Virus record (IMG/VR): IMGVR_UViG_3300025736_000017
Reading direction: 5' to 3' (one strand)
DNA length: 64,000 nt
Source: an uncultured virus (IMG/VR IMGVR_UViG_3300025736_000017)
Lineage: Duplodnaviria; Heunggongvirae; Uroviricota; Caudoviricetes
Numbering within the stretch: position 1 is the stretch's first letter; each line of letters starts with the position of its first letter. Below the pieces are notes generated by a model that ran no database searches, was not told the origin of the DNA, and saw only the letters and a program-made list of their open reading frames with translations. This document shows, piece after piece, positions 29,147 through 38,283 of this stretch. A program made the position numbers and the translations under genes.

Positions 29147-29217
29147 TTTATGTCTCCTTCAATTAGGGTTTCTTCAGTTAATTCAACAAATCAATTATAC
29201 CATAAAATTAATCACAT

Positions 29218-29700
29218 TTATGATATAATTAATTGTTCTTCTTTAATTTCTTTAATTCTTGCTGCTACAGTCTCAAAAGATTGCAATTCTTCAATATTCA
29301 CATCATGATCGCTTTTTGCAGAATTACACAAACAACACATTGTCTGGTAATTCCCAATCTCATTTTTTCCACCTTTACTTCTAGGAATTATATGATCTTT
29401 TGTCATCAAAACAAGACATCCATCCCATTTAGCATAAAGGTTAAAATGCGGTCTACCATTTCTTTCAAAATCATAATGACTAATATCTAATACCATTGTA
29501 TCACCGACAAGACCACAACATGCACAAATTGTTGATTTAGCAAATATCTGGTATCGATGTGATGCCATTTTAACAGAATATATTTTTCCACTTACTTCGT
29601 ATCCTCTTACAGAACCCTTCTTAGGATTTCTGTAAGGCAAAACATCTTCAACAGAAAATTGAGCCAAATGAATAAGATGATTGTTGCCGTAATATTCCAT
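29218..29700 (-). CDS. HNH endonuclease
   Basis: CACC, TKDHIIPRSKGG, NYQTMCCLCNSAK. Confidence 0.85.
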   Translation of the reverse strand: MEYYGNNHLIHLAQFSVEDVLPYRNPKKGSVRGYEVSGKIYSVKMASHRYQIFAKSTICACCGLVGDTMVLDISHYDFERNGRPHFNLYAKWDGCLVLMTKDHIIPRSKGGKNEIGNYQTMCCLCNSAKSDHDVNIEELQSFETVAARIKEIKEEQLIIS

Positions 29701-30566
29701 TACTTATCAGTTCCTGCTTCTTCAGCTAATTCTAATCCCAAAACAGTTTTAAACGACTCTTTCCATTTGACTTTGGAATCATCTTTCAATGTTTCATAGA
29801 TTTCGTGTATTTTTGCATTAGTCTGACCTTCTACGATCATATCAACATATTTCTTATCTTCTGCTGTCTGAACTTTTACTCTTTGTCTAACGTTATTCAT
29901 TTTGCCAATCCAGATGCTATCTGTCACATATGGTTCTAACATATCATACATCAGAACCATGCCATCAGAATCAAGCATAGGTTCTGAACTGACACTAGTT
30001 TTGAAGCCAGATTTAAAAGCGTGCTGCAAGCAGTCAAATCTTTCTCCGAAGCTGGGAGCATTAGGTTCCCAATGTTTGAGAATCTCGTTATCCATAGCTC
30101 CAATCGTAAATCTGAACAAAATCTTATCTTTATATTCAACAAGTTCTTCGCATATTTTAGTTATGCATTCGATGTGAGGTTTGCTGACAATAAGAACATC
30201 ATTGCCAGGCTTGAGTATGTTCTTTAAACACTCAATACTAGCGTCTAAAGTTTTTAAATCTTTGGTGTTAGGACAAATATCATGAGTTGTTGGGAACATT
30301 ATAACACCTGGAACTTTTTTCCATTTCTTGTTAACTTGTTTCCAATTAACTTCTTCTTTAATCCAATCGCCTGGTTTCACATTCTTAAACCTATCAACTG
30401 CGTTCGAGCGGGCATAACAATATTTGCAGTTATGGCGACAGCCAATTATGCAATTGGCGTTAGCAACCGCCCATTCTGCTGTTCCACTAATTTTCTTACT
30501 CATTTTCCTATCCTTCATCTCTCTCATTTTCCTATCCTTCATCTCTCTCATTTTCCTATCCTTCAT
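29700..30566 (-). CDS. Radical SAM protein (SplB/DUF5131-like)
   Basis: GCRHNCKYCYA, WEPNAPS, VSSEPM; true start may be 30503. Confidence 0.8.
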   Translation of the reverse strand: MKDRKMREMKDRKMREMKDRKMSKKISGTAEWAVANANCIIGCRHNCKYCYARSNAVDRFKNVKPGDWIKEEVNWKQVNKKWKKVPGVIMFPTTHDICPNTKDLKTLDASIECLKNILKPGNDVLIVSKPHIECITKICEELVEYKDKILFRFTIGAMDNEILKHWEPNAPSFGERFDCLQHAFKSGFKTSVSSEPMLDSDGMVLMYDMLEPYVTDSIWIGKMNNVRQRVKVQTAEDKKYVDMIVEGQTNAKIHEIYETLKDDSKVKWKESFKTVLGLELAEEAGTDK

Positions 30567-30570
30567 CTCT
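30501..30570. repeat. 24-bp tandem repeat, about 2.9 copies
   Basis: CATTTTCCTATCCTTCATCTCTCT repeated; encodes MKDRKMRE and duplicates the RBS/start region. Confidence 0.95.
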
Positions 30571-30641
30571 ATTACAACTTTTTAAAAAATCGGGAATAAA
30601 AAATAAAAAGACCCAAAATCCTATTAATACTAGAGTTATAT

Positions 30642-31028
30642 TTACTTGTACCAAGGCTCCATTGTTCCATCTAATATAGAATCAACAACCTTGTTCATGT
30701 TTGTTCCGTCATATCTAATGCCTCTATCATCTATATACGCAAAAGCGATAGCTTTAGATGAACACCCTTCTGGCTGATTCGGATTATCATTAACGAAATC
30801 TATCAGTTCTGATAAATTATGTTTAATAATCCATTTTTTTATAACTTCTGTATTTCTTGTACTATGTATTCCTATAATCCAACCAGCATCTTTTAAACGT
30901 TGTAGACCTTGTACAACGTCTTCTCTAGGATCACCTGGATTTTCTCCGTGCTTATCCCAGCTTTCATAATTTGCTAATGTTGCATCGAAGTCAACTGCTA
31001 TTGTTATCTTAGATTTTTCTGTACTCAT
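30642..31028 (-). CDS. HAD-superfamily phosphatase
   Basis: IAVDFDATL, HSTR, K...YIDDR. Confidence 0.8.
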   Translation of the reverse strand: MSTEKSKITIAVDFDATLANYESWDKHGENPGDPREDVVQGLQRLKDAGWIIGIHSTRNTEVIKKWIIKHNLSELIDFVNDNPNQPEGCSSKAIAFAYIDDRGIRYDGTNMNKVVDSILDGTMEPWYK

Positions 31029-31038
31029 TTTACTCTTT

Positions 31039-31278
31039 TTATTCGCATATTACTATATCGTTTCGATTTACTACTCTGTTTTTAATTTGCCTCAATAATT
31101 TACCATGAAAATTATATGGAGGCATCTCACATTCTACACAACATTTAGTGCCGAAACTCTCGGTAATGGCTCCTCTTTCATCAACGCTGGCATTAAGACT
31201 TCTTAATATCCCTACTTCACCATCTTTTATTTTTACTTTGTCACCAATTTCTAATTTTTCATTCATTTTTACTCCCAA
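31039..31278 (-). CDS. Hypothetical protein
   Basis: Small ORF in operon. Confidence 0.55.
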   Translation of the reverse strand: MGVKMNEKLEIGDKVKIKDGEVGILRSLNASVDERGAITESFGTKCCVECEMPPYNFHGKLLRQIKNRVVNRNDIVICE

Positions 31279-31910
31279 TAATTTTCCCAGTCATTAGCGT
31301 ATACTTCTTGAAGCTTTTTTTTGAATTTTTTTGTCTTAATTTTCGACATCCAGAGATCGGTTCCACCTGAACCGCCTTTACATACTGCTCCCTCAAATAT
31401 ATCCCATTCTCCACTTCTCGGAACATCATATTTTCCATTCCTAATCGCTTCGAAGAAAGAACCGTTAGCTTTTCCCTCATACAACTTCCTGGCTATTTTT
31501 AGATCACCAAAAATCTTAATAAAATCTCTAGGTCCAAGAAGTCCAAATTTATGAACATTAACATCAAATAACATAACTTCTCTTGTCGGATCATCTGATT
31601 TATGTAATCCAGCAAAAGACTCTTTCCCAAAGAATTCTACAAAAGCACATACTCTATCTATGCCTCTAAATCGCTTGTGATCCCTTATTATTTTAGAAAG
31701 ACTATCTGAGTAAGTATTCATAAACAAATCGATTGCAGGGGCAAATACAGCGTCTGTGTGGTCAAATAAACGTCGTCTAGTACCGAACTTGTACCATCCA
31801 CGCTTTTTTGTGTATTCAAATCTCAAATTTGAGCCATCATATTTTTCGAAAGCAATACAAGGCTTTAAAGGGCAATGCTTACTTCCAGGTATTTTAGGAT
31901 ATTGTTTCAT
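31269..31910 (-). CDS. RNA ligase-like nucleotidyltransferase
   Basis: YPKI, EKYDGSN (motif I), EFFG, LFDV, EGAVCK, KIKT. Confidence 0.75.
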   Translation of the reverse strand: MKQYPKIPGSKHCPLKPCIAFEKYDGSNLRFEYTKKRGWYKFGTRRRLFDHTDAVFAPAIDLFMNTYSDSLSKIIRDHKRFRGIDRVCAFVEFFGKESFAGLHKSDDPTREVMLFDVNVHKFGLLGPRDFIKIFGDLKIARKLYEGKANGSFFEAIRNGKYDVPRSGEWDIFEGAVCKGGSGGTDLWMSKIKTKKFKKKLQEVYANDWENYWE

Positions 31911-32590
31911 TAATCATCCGAATTATTTAATTTTTCTCTAAGTTCCATTAATAGTTTACCAAGCCAATTTTCGCCATATCTTGTTTTTGCGTCTACACCC
32001 CAGCAGAAATCATGCCAGGTATTTCCCTCTTCTAACGTAGCATCACCAGTCTCCAAAAGCAACTCTCGTAAGACTTTATCTTGAAATTTAAGCTTCAACG
32101 CAAATCTCATTACATCAATTTTAACATCTTCCCAATCTTTTCTTATTACGATTTTTCTACCTAAACTTTTTGCATCGGCTGGAGTCTTAGCGTTTATTAT
32201 CTTTTGAGCACTTTTCTCATTAGTAGCCTTAGAAGCCTGGAAGAAGTGCTCAGACGTTTTATACGTAACTCCCATGAACGAAAATTCGCATTCAAAAAAG
32301 TTAGACATAAAATGATATTCTGTGTTAGGATAAAAGTTTTTGATAATCTTGAGAACTCTCTTGCTCTCTAATATCTTCCCATTATTGTCTATGACACATA
32401 TATGCCCTATACTTTCATCTTTTGCCTCATCAACACCACATACGAATTCTTCATGTCTTTGTTCGCATACACTAATCGCTACGTTAAAACTATTAGTCTC
32501 ATCAATAAGTTTATTCCCATCTAAAGATGAATTCAACTCATATATACCATATTTCTTTTTGTGTTCCATTATTCTGCCTTGTATTCGCAA
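31910..32590 (-). CDS. NADAR/YbiA-family hydrolase with N-terminal extension
   Basis: FMSNF, TSEHFFQASK, LKLKFQ, LLETGDATLEE, WG...GENWLGKLLMELR. Confidence 0.9.
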   Translation of the reverse strand: MRIQGRIMEHKKKYGIYELNSSLDGNKLIDETNSFNVAISVCEQRHEEFVCGVDEAKDESIGHICVIDNNGKILESKRVLKIIKNFYPNTEYHFMSNFFECEFSFMGVTYKTSEHFFQASKATNEKSAQKIINAKTPADAKSLGRKIVIRKDWEDVKIDVMRFALKLKFQDKVLRELLLETGDATLEEGNTWHDFCWGVDAKTRYGENWLGKLLMELREKLNNSDD

Positions 32591-32928
32591 CTATCGACTA
32601 GTTCATCATTACTGATGAAGAGTGTGTCTGCTGGAATCCCTACTCCATCCCATGCAAGCATCCGTAGATTTTTGAAATATTTGCATTCTATCCCTACAGT
32701 TAGATGCTCTTTAACCTGTTCCGCTAATGCTGGGATACCATCTATAGCTTCTTGTAGTGTTTTAAATCCACCTGTATGATGCATTTTAGATCGATATCTA
32801 TTACTATCTGTTGGTTGACTTTCAATCGGACCTGGCATCGGAGATACCAAAAAGATTATCGGATGAAAAGTCTCTGCCGTAATATCTTTGATTATGGTTA
32901 TTAAGGCTGGATGGAAGTATGAATACAT
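32569..32928 (-). CDS. Hypothetical protein
   Basis: 119-aa ORF, RYRSKMHHTGGF. Confidence 0.65.
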   Translation of the reverse strand: MYSYFHPALITIIKDITAETFHPIIFLVSPMPGPIESQPTDSNRYRSKMHHTGGFKTLQEAIDGIPALAEQVKEHLTVGIECKYFKNLRMLAWDGVGIPADTLFISNDELVDSCEYKAE

Positions 32929-33036
32929 TATTTTTTCGTCCTTTCATCTCTATTACAACTTTTTTAAAAATCGGGATTATGTTCTTTCAGAACGGAAGAG
33001 CTTCTAAGAAGCGGATTTAAATTAAAAAACAAAAAA

Positions 33037-33696
33037 TCAAGGCATATCAGGATAATCGATCTTTTCAACCTTATTTTTTAGTATATTAGCTCTATGTATA
33101 AGGTCTTCGAACGATACAGGTCCACGCCACTCATCAAAACCAACATCAAACAAAGGTAAACCAGGCATATGCCGCCTTTTCCACTCTTCAAGAGTTGAAT
33201 GAGAATGACCATGCAACATGATAGAACCTCGGAAAGAATTATTCCAGACTACCATAGCGTAATGACACATAACAAACTTAGTCTTATTAAAATTAACTTC
33301 CTTATAATGATCTACAGTCTCGAATACCGTTAAATACTCTTCGTCAGTAAAATAATCATGATTACCCAAAATGAAATGAATGTGCTTACAATTGATTCTG
33401 TCTCTATATCCCTCAACAATACTAAAATCTTTCCTAGCAAGACAAAAATCACCAAGAATATAAAATGTATCGTTAGGCTGAACTACCGCATTAATAGAAT
33501 TAATGATAATATCATCCATCCTATCAACAGACTCTTGAGAGATTTTAAACTCTCTTACCGCTCTATTATCATTAGGACATCGCTCTCTAATAGCTTGAAT
33601 AGATTCTCTTTCAAAATCTGTTAAACAAAAAGAACGATCACAATATTTAATTATGTTCTCATGATTAAAATGTAGATCTGAACTAGTGTAAAGCAT
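33037..33696 (-). CDS. Calcineurin-like metallophosphoesterase
   Basis: SDLHFNH, LGDF, GNHD, HGHSH, DVG. Confidence 0.9.
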   Translation of the reverse strand: MLYTSSDLHFNHENIIKYCDRSFCLTDFERESIQAIRERCPNDNRAVREFKISQESVDRMDDIIINSINAVVQPNDTFYILGDFCLARKDFSIVEGYRDRINCKHIHFILGNHDYFTDEEYLTVFETVDHYKEVNFNKTKFVMCHYAMVVWNNSFRGSIMLHGHSHSTLEEWKRRHMPGLPLFDVGFDEWRGPVSFEDLIHRANILKNKVEKIDYPDMP

Positions 33697-34661
33697 TGTT
33701 CTTTGTCCTTTCTCGCAGCTATTGCTACTTCTTTAGTCGAATATCCATCTTCTACAGAAACTCGCACTGATCTTTTTAATGTTGCTTCTTTAGCATTTTT
33801 ACCGCGACATTCTTCCCAACCAATCCACCCAATTCCTTCACCCTCTATTGGGATATCTATCGTATCTTCATGAAAATTAAACCAAACAACATCTCCTTCA
33901 ACAATTGGAACGTTATCTTTTGTTTTATCCAAACGATCTACAATAGTTTGCAATTCCACAATCTTCTTTTCTAGATCCTTGATGTGATCTGTATAAAATG
34001 GAGCTTTTTCTTTCTCAAGTTCTTTAATGTGAGTTTGAGCAGTAATCAATTTTAGGTTCATGTAACAAGAACATTCAGGACAACCCATAGGCTCATGTCG
34101 AAATGCGTTGCAATGAATATCATGATAATATTGCTTCAAGTCTATTCCGTTGAGGTATTTTTCAGGGACATGTTTAGTTAACCATACACCATTAGTAGAC
34201 TGAAAGAATTTATAACCATTAAGATACATCTCTTGAGCACGAACTGTTAAAACGGATGCATCACCTTTACGTTTTCCGACTTCAATAGCTGTTTCTCTAT
34301 CTGCCGATAAATGCACATGATGTCGCTCCATCTTTTTTATCCCACTTGCCAAGATTTTATGAATAGCTCCATTTGAAGTCCCATGATAAAGAAGTTTAGG
34401 AGGAACCGTAGGAACATAATCTAAATCTACATCAATACTATGCCCCTGAGATGCCCTTATCTTAGTTCTATCCTCATTAAACTCAAATCTCTTTTTGTCA
34501 TTTTGTTCAACTATAACCTCAAGCTCCGTTATAGACATATTGCATTTAATAAGAATATCACTTACTAAAGCCCAACCAGAAAGTTCCAATGTGAGAGCAA
34601 TTGTTTCTGGTTTATGTCTTAAAACTAGACTTAAAAATTTACTTTGTTTTTTTATATTCAT
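33651..34661 (-). CDS. kptA: RNA 2'-phosphotransferase Tpt1/KptA with C-terminal extension
   Basis: SKFLSLVLRH, DKKRF, IRASQGHS, LYHGT, RHHVHLS, NGVWLT; likely start 34661. Confidence 0.9.
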   Translation of the reverse strand: MNIKKQSKFLSLVLRHKPETIALTLELSGWALVSDILIKCNMSITELEVIVEQNDKKRFEFNEDRTKIRASQGHSIDVDLDYVPTVPPKLLYHGTSNGAIHKILASGIKKMERHHVHLSADRETAIEVGKRKGDASVLTVRAQEMYLNGYKFFQSTNGVWLTKHVPEKYLNGIDLKQYYHDIHCNAFRHEPMGCPECSCYMNLKLITAQTHIKELEKEKAPFYTDHIKDLEKKIVELQTIVDRLDKTKDNVPIVEGDVVWFNFHEDTIDIPIEGEGIGWIGWEECRGKNAKEATLKRSVRVSVEDGYSTKEVAIAARKDKEQCFTLVQIYILIMRT

Positions 34662-34666
34662 TTTAT

Positions 34667-34870
34667 TTAAAAACATATAGAATGATATGTTGCAGTTCTG
34701 GTAAGAGAATTCATATCCCACCAAAAACAACACGAAGAATGAGTAGTCACCCAATTATTTATAACAGAATGAGGGCTATATTTTTTTCTGTTCCAGCAAC
34801 TAGACATAGGAGTTATATTTTTAAAAGATTTTATAACTGAAAGAGCATTTATTCTCATTATCATTTTCAT
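34667..34870 (-). CDS. MKMIMR-family small Ser/Cys/Trp-rich peptide
   Basis: Fills the gap between two genes; same first 18 nt as two ORFs near 44 kb. Confidence 0.6.
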   Translation of the reverse strand: MKMIMRINALSVIKSFKNITPMSSCWNRKKYSPHSVINNWVTTHSSCCFWWDMNSLTRTATYHSICF

Positions 34871-34871
34871 T

Positions 34872-35528
34872 TTAGCCCCATCTATGTTTAGCTCTTAGGC
34901 ATTCCATTTCTGCCCAAAACCCTTTTCGCTCTGTTTTCTTCGCGTATTTTCTTTTTAACTTCGTCATATCTTCTAAATTATCTGCACAGATATTATCCCA
35001 AATGTCAAACCAACAATAGTCATAATGAACATTTTTGGGAGCTTTCCATTCTAAAATATCTGCATTAATAATTGTAAGCCTATCACCATACTTATCTTTA
35101 AAATGACCGCCAACAAGATCTATAATCTCTTGCGATATATCAACGACAGTTACATGCCTAACATCTTCATCTTTCATTATAAGGTCTATAGCAACGCCAA
35201 GACCCAATCCAGCTATAAGAACTTCTCCCTTTGCATTCAGAGCCAAAGAGAAAAGATCTCTAGTTTCGGCAGTAGTGTCACTCATTACAACTGTACTGGG
35301 CTTTCTAACTAATCTAGTATACGTTCCAGGTTCGACACAACGGATAGAACCTCCTTGTATCCCACTTATAACTTCATGAGAGTTAAAAGATTCACTATCA
35401 TTGCTCGTTATTTCGAACTTTTCTATAGCCCATAATGAGTTACTACATTCAGAAAGATCAGATTTGATTTCCTTACAAATATCACTAGCTGTATTAAAAT
35501 CAAGCATCTGTCGTATCTCTTTCTGCAT
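34872..35528 (-). CDS. Class I SAM-dependent methyltransferase (spermidine-synthase-like)
   Basis: VMSDT, VLIAGLGLG, VTVVDIS, YDYCWFDIW. Confidence 0.8.
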   Translation of the reverse strand: MQKEIRQMLDFNTASDICKEIKSDLSECSNSLWAIEKFEITSNDSESFNSHEVISGIQGGSIRCVEPGTYTRLVRKPSTVVMSDTTAETRDLFSLALNAKGEVLIAGLGLGVAIDLIMKDEDVRHVTVVDISQEIIDLVGGHFKDKYGDRLTIINADILEWKAPKNVHYDYCWFDIWDNICADNLEDMTKLKRKYAKKTERKGFWAEMECLRAKHRWG

Positions 35529-36552
35529 GTTTGCCCATCAAATATGTATCAGAAACCATTTTGAGGATGCATCTTCCAATAGCTGGATGAGTTCGCTCTT
35601 TGACAGGTTGCACAACCGTTCCTTCTCGAATTTGATCAATGTCAGCGATTATAGTATTACCTTCGCTAACTTCTTTGATCTTTTCGAGACTGTACGGTCC
35701 TCTATAAAGGACAGGAACCATTGGAACGCCATACTTCTCGCAAATTATAACTCTATCATCAAAGTCAACGTATCTTCCATCAAGCTTTAATGCAAAACAA
35801 CGAAAAGCAATTCCATTAATACCATATCTTAATGATTGGACTCTTCCGTATGTCTCGCCAAAAAGTTCAATAACTTTGTGATCTTTTTTAAGACCATCAA
35901 ACATATCCTTGACGCTTTGTAGAGTATAAGGATACCAATAGAAGTGAGACTTCATCTCTTTTTCTGTATCAGGTCTTTTTCTGGGATGATTCTTAGATCC
36001 GCAAAAAAGTAGTTCTCCTTCAGAATCTGAATTGATGAAAATCTGCCTTCCGGAAGTTCCATGAATTTTTTCTGTACAAACAACCTCTTCTCCATCTTCA
36101 AAAACATTAATAAAATTTCGAAGATTTTGGATATCAGTGAATTTGCTAAACAGAGCATGATTATTGCCGAGAATATCTCCACCACGACCAAGAACAGGTG
36201 GTTCATATTTCTTAGCTCCGTAATGCTCATCAACAGCATCTCCCTCTTTCCAATCAACGTTATCTGGAATATCAATGATTAATCCGAAAGAAGGTTCACC
36301 ACGAAGTCTAACTTGGCGAATACGCATTCCTTGATCTGTCTTCTGACAGTAATTGGTTACTCCCATTTTATCAGTCTCTGTCTCAGGAAGCGTAGTATCA
36401 GGTGGAAAGTAAACGATTAAATCATCTGCTTTGTACCTGTCTTTAGGAACTACACATTGCCAGCCATTTACTACTGCAATTTCTAAGTTTCTGGCGTTAT
36501 CATGTACGCTGACCTCTTTAATTTTGCAAACTTTTACTACTAATGTTGACAT
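35500..36552 (-). CDS. ATP-dependent RNA ligase (DRB0094-like)
   Basis: N-terminal OB-like HDNARNLE..GWQCVV; TEKIHGT, FGETYG, VPVLYRGP, REGTVV, ILKMVS..YL. Confidence 0.85.
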   Translation of the reverse strand: MSTLVVKVCKIKEVSVHDNARNLEIAVVNGWQCVVPKDRYKADDLIVYFPPDTTLPETETDKMGVTNYCQKTDQGMRIRQVRLRGEPSFGLIIDIPDNVDWKEGDAVDEHYGAKKYEPPVLGRGGDILGNNHALFSKFTDIQNLRNFINVFEDGEEVVCTEKIHGTSGRQIFINSDSEGELLFCGSKNHPRKRPDTEKEMKSHFYWYPYTLQSVKDMFDGLKKDHKVIELFGETYGRVQSLRYGINGIAFRCFALKLDGRYVDFDDRVIICEKYGVPMVPVLYRGPYSLEKIKEVSEGNTIIADIDQIREGTVVQPVKERTHPAIGRCILKMVSDTYLMGKHAERDTTDA

Positions 36553-36577
36553 TTTATTCTTCCTCTAATTCCTTTTT

Positions 36578-37027
36578 CTAGCATGTTTCTAAGGTATAAA
36601 CTCGTATGTCCGCATTTTTCCCGAACAATTCCTTAAGTTGTCTATCAGTATTTTTCATTTTATTTATTTCATCTAATACTCTATCACCGCTGTCTGAACC
36701 AATGCACTTTCCTATATATATAGCATTCTCATCAAGTTCTATGCTAATATCTATTTCTGAACATTTTGGTCTAAGCTTACCAGCAATGTCACCTAAAGTA
36801 TATTTTTTAAGAAGAGGTTTCCCGCACTTGGGGCAGAACCCAAAATCATTTAATTGTAGTTTTTGACGATCAATATCACATCTACATCCAGCCTCTCTAG
36901 CTATATTAAGTTTATCGAAAAGAGGTTCCAATGTAGATATAGCTTTATCTTTATTGCAAAAACAAATACCAACTATGCAAAAACTGCTTGAACTACTATT
37001 ACTCACAAAGCCATTTCTAATTTTCAT
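36578..37027 (-). CDS. MKIRNGFVSNSSSSSF-family protein (distal copy) with Zn ribbon
   Basis: Same N-terminal motif; FCPKCG. Confidence 0.85.
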   Translation of the reverse strand: MKIRNGFVSNSSSSSFCIVGICFCNKDKAISTLEPLFDKLNIAREAGCRCDIDRQKLQLNDFGFCPKCGKPLLKKYTLGDIAGKLRPKCSEIDISIELDENAIYIGKCIGSDSGDRVLDEINKMKNTDRQLKELFGKNADIRVYTLETC

Positions 37028-37061
37028 CTTAATTTCCTTTTTCTACATCTATTGTAAATTG

Positions 37062-37784
37062 TTAGAAATCGGGAATATTTTCAATCCCGCCAGAACTATC
37101 TATATCCTCTGGTCTTAACATAGTATAGTCAGCATAAAGCTCAACCTGACATTCGAAAAATGCCTTTTTTAGTTTAACTTCTTTAACATACTTGAATTTT
37201 GAGTCACAATCTCGTTTTTCTGAGATAAAATCATTTATTTTTTGCTCTATCTCGTCTTTAGTTAACTTCCCATCATCCAAAGTATATAAGTAATCATAAA
37301 GATCTTTAGAAACAGACGGAGCAATATTGTCTTTAGGCTGTTCCTTCTTAACAACTAAAAGATACCTGGCACTATCAGGAACATCCGCCAAATCAAAACT
37401 AGTGACTTTTATTGTTTCAATGGGGCACATTTTAGCATCTATCTTTTTTCCAAAAACACATTTTCTCAATTTATCAGAAATTTGAGTTTTGAGTTCTCCA
37501 GCTAAAAAGCCACAAATCTCTTCCCTAAATTTAGTAAATAGCTCAACTCTTTCTTCCGTAGGTTCTATTGTTTCGTCAGTAAGAGTCTCAAGCATCGTTT
37601 GTAATAGAGGATACTCATCAGTATCAAACTTAATCCAAGTGTTTATATCGTCGCTAACAAATTCGCCTTGTTGGAAGCGAAAATCATAGTCTACTATTGT
37701 ATCTTCATCGTCCATGCTTTTAAGTATAGATTGAGCGACTTTTGCGGCGTTTTCCATTGTAAATATAGATTCAAATGTTTTCAT
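37062..37784 (-). CDS. Hypothetical protein
   Basis: Likely start MKTFES at 37784. Confidence 0.7.
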   Translation of the reverse strand: MKTFESIFTMENAAKVAQSILKSMDDEDTIVDYDFRFQQGEFVSDDINTWIKFDTDEYPLLQTMLETLTDETIEPTEERVELFTKFREEICGFLAGELKTQISDKLRKCVFGKKIDAKMCPIETIKVTSFDLADVPDSARYLLVVKKEQPKDNIAPSVSKDLYDYLYTLDDGKLTKDEIEQKINDFISEKRDCDSKFKYVKEVKLKKAFFECQVELYADYTMLRPEDIDSSGGIENIPDF

Positions 37785-37981
37785 TTTTTGTTCCTTTTTA
37801 TTTTCTCTTTTTTCATGGCAGCAGCAGCTTGAAGAAGCCAACGTCCCAATGCTTCAGCATCTTTAGGATCGCTTAAATAGGCAGCATGCTTTTTTGTGGC
37901 AATACATATAAATATCTCCTCTCCAGAATGAAGAGTAGCTTTACATCCTTTTCTCGAAATAGCTCCAAGCTTTTTTGCCAT
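37781..37981 (-). CDS. Small basic hypothetical protein
   Basis: 66-aa ORF with ATGA overlap. Confidence 0.55.
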   Translation of the reverse strand: MAKKLGAISRKGCKATLHSGEEIFICIATKKHAAYLSDPKDAEALGRWLLQAAAAMKKEKIKRNKK

Positions 37982-37989
37982 GATAGTCT

Positions 37990-38280
37990 CTATCTATTCT
38001 CGTCATTTTTTACCGATTTTCTTTTGACCCACTTCAAATATTTCTTAATTTTGTCATTTGACTTAAGATCTTGTATACTATTATACTTACGACCAAGAAC
38101 TTTTTCGCTAGGAATTAAATTATGAATGGCGTGATGACACTCTCTACAAACAGATATTGTTTTGTTCTTCTGTTCTCTAGTATATTTCTTCTGAAACCAT
38201 TTGTTAGAATGGACTGTTTTTGGGATAAGATGATGATCTGTATATCTCTCGCACTCTAATTCGCATAAGTGACAAATCAT
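37990..38280 (-). CDS. HNH-family protein
   Basis: CHLC, TDHHLIPK, CRECHHAIH. Confidence 0.85.
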   Translation of the reverse strand: MICHLCELECERYTDHHLIPKTVHSNKWFQKKYTREQKNKTISVCRECHHAIHNLIPSEKVLGRKYNSIQDLKSNDKIKKYLKWVKRKSVKNDENR

Positions 38281-38283
38281 GAA

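Noticed and set aside
32981..33020. Two tiny adjacent hairpins downstream of the phosphoesterase
   Set aside because: Stems too short to support an RNA call
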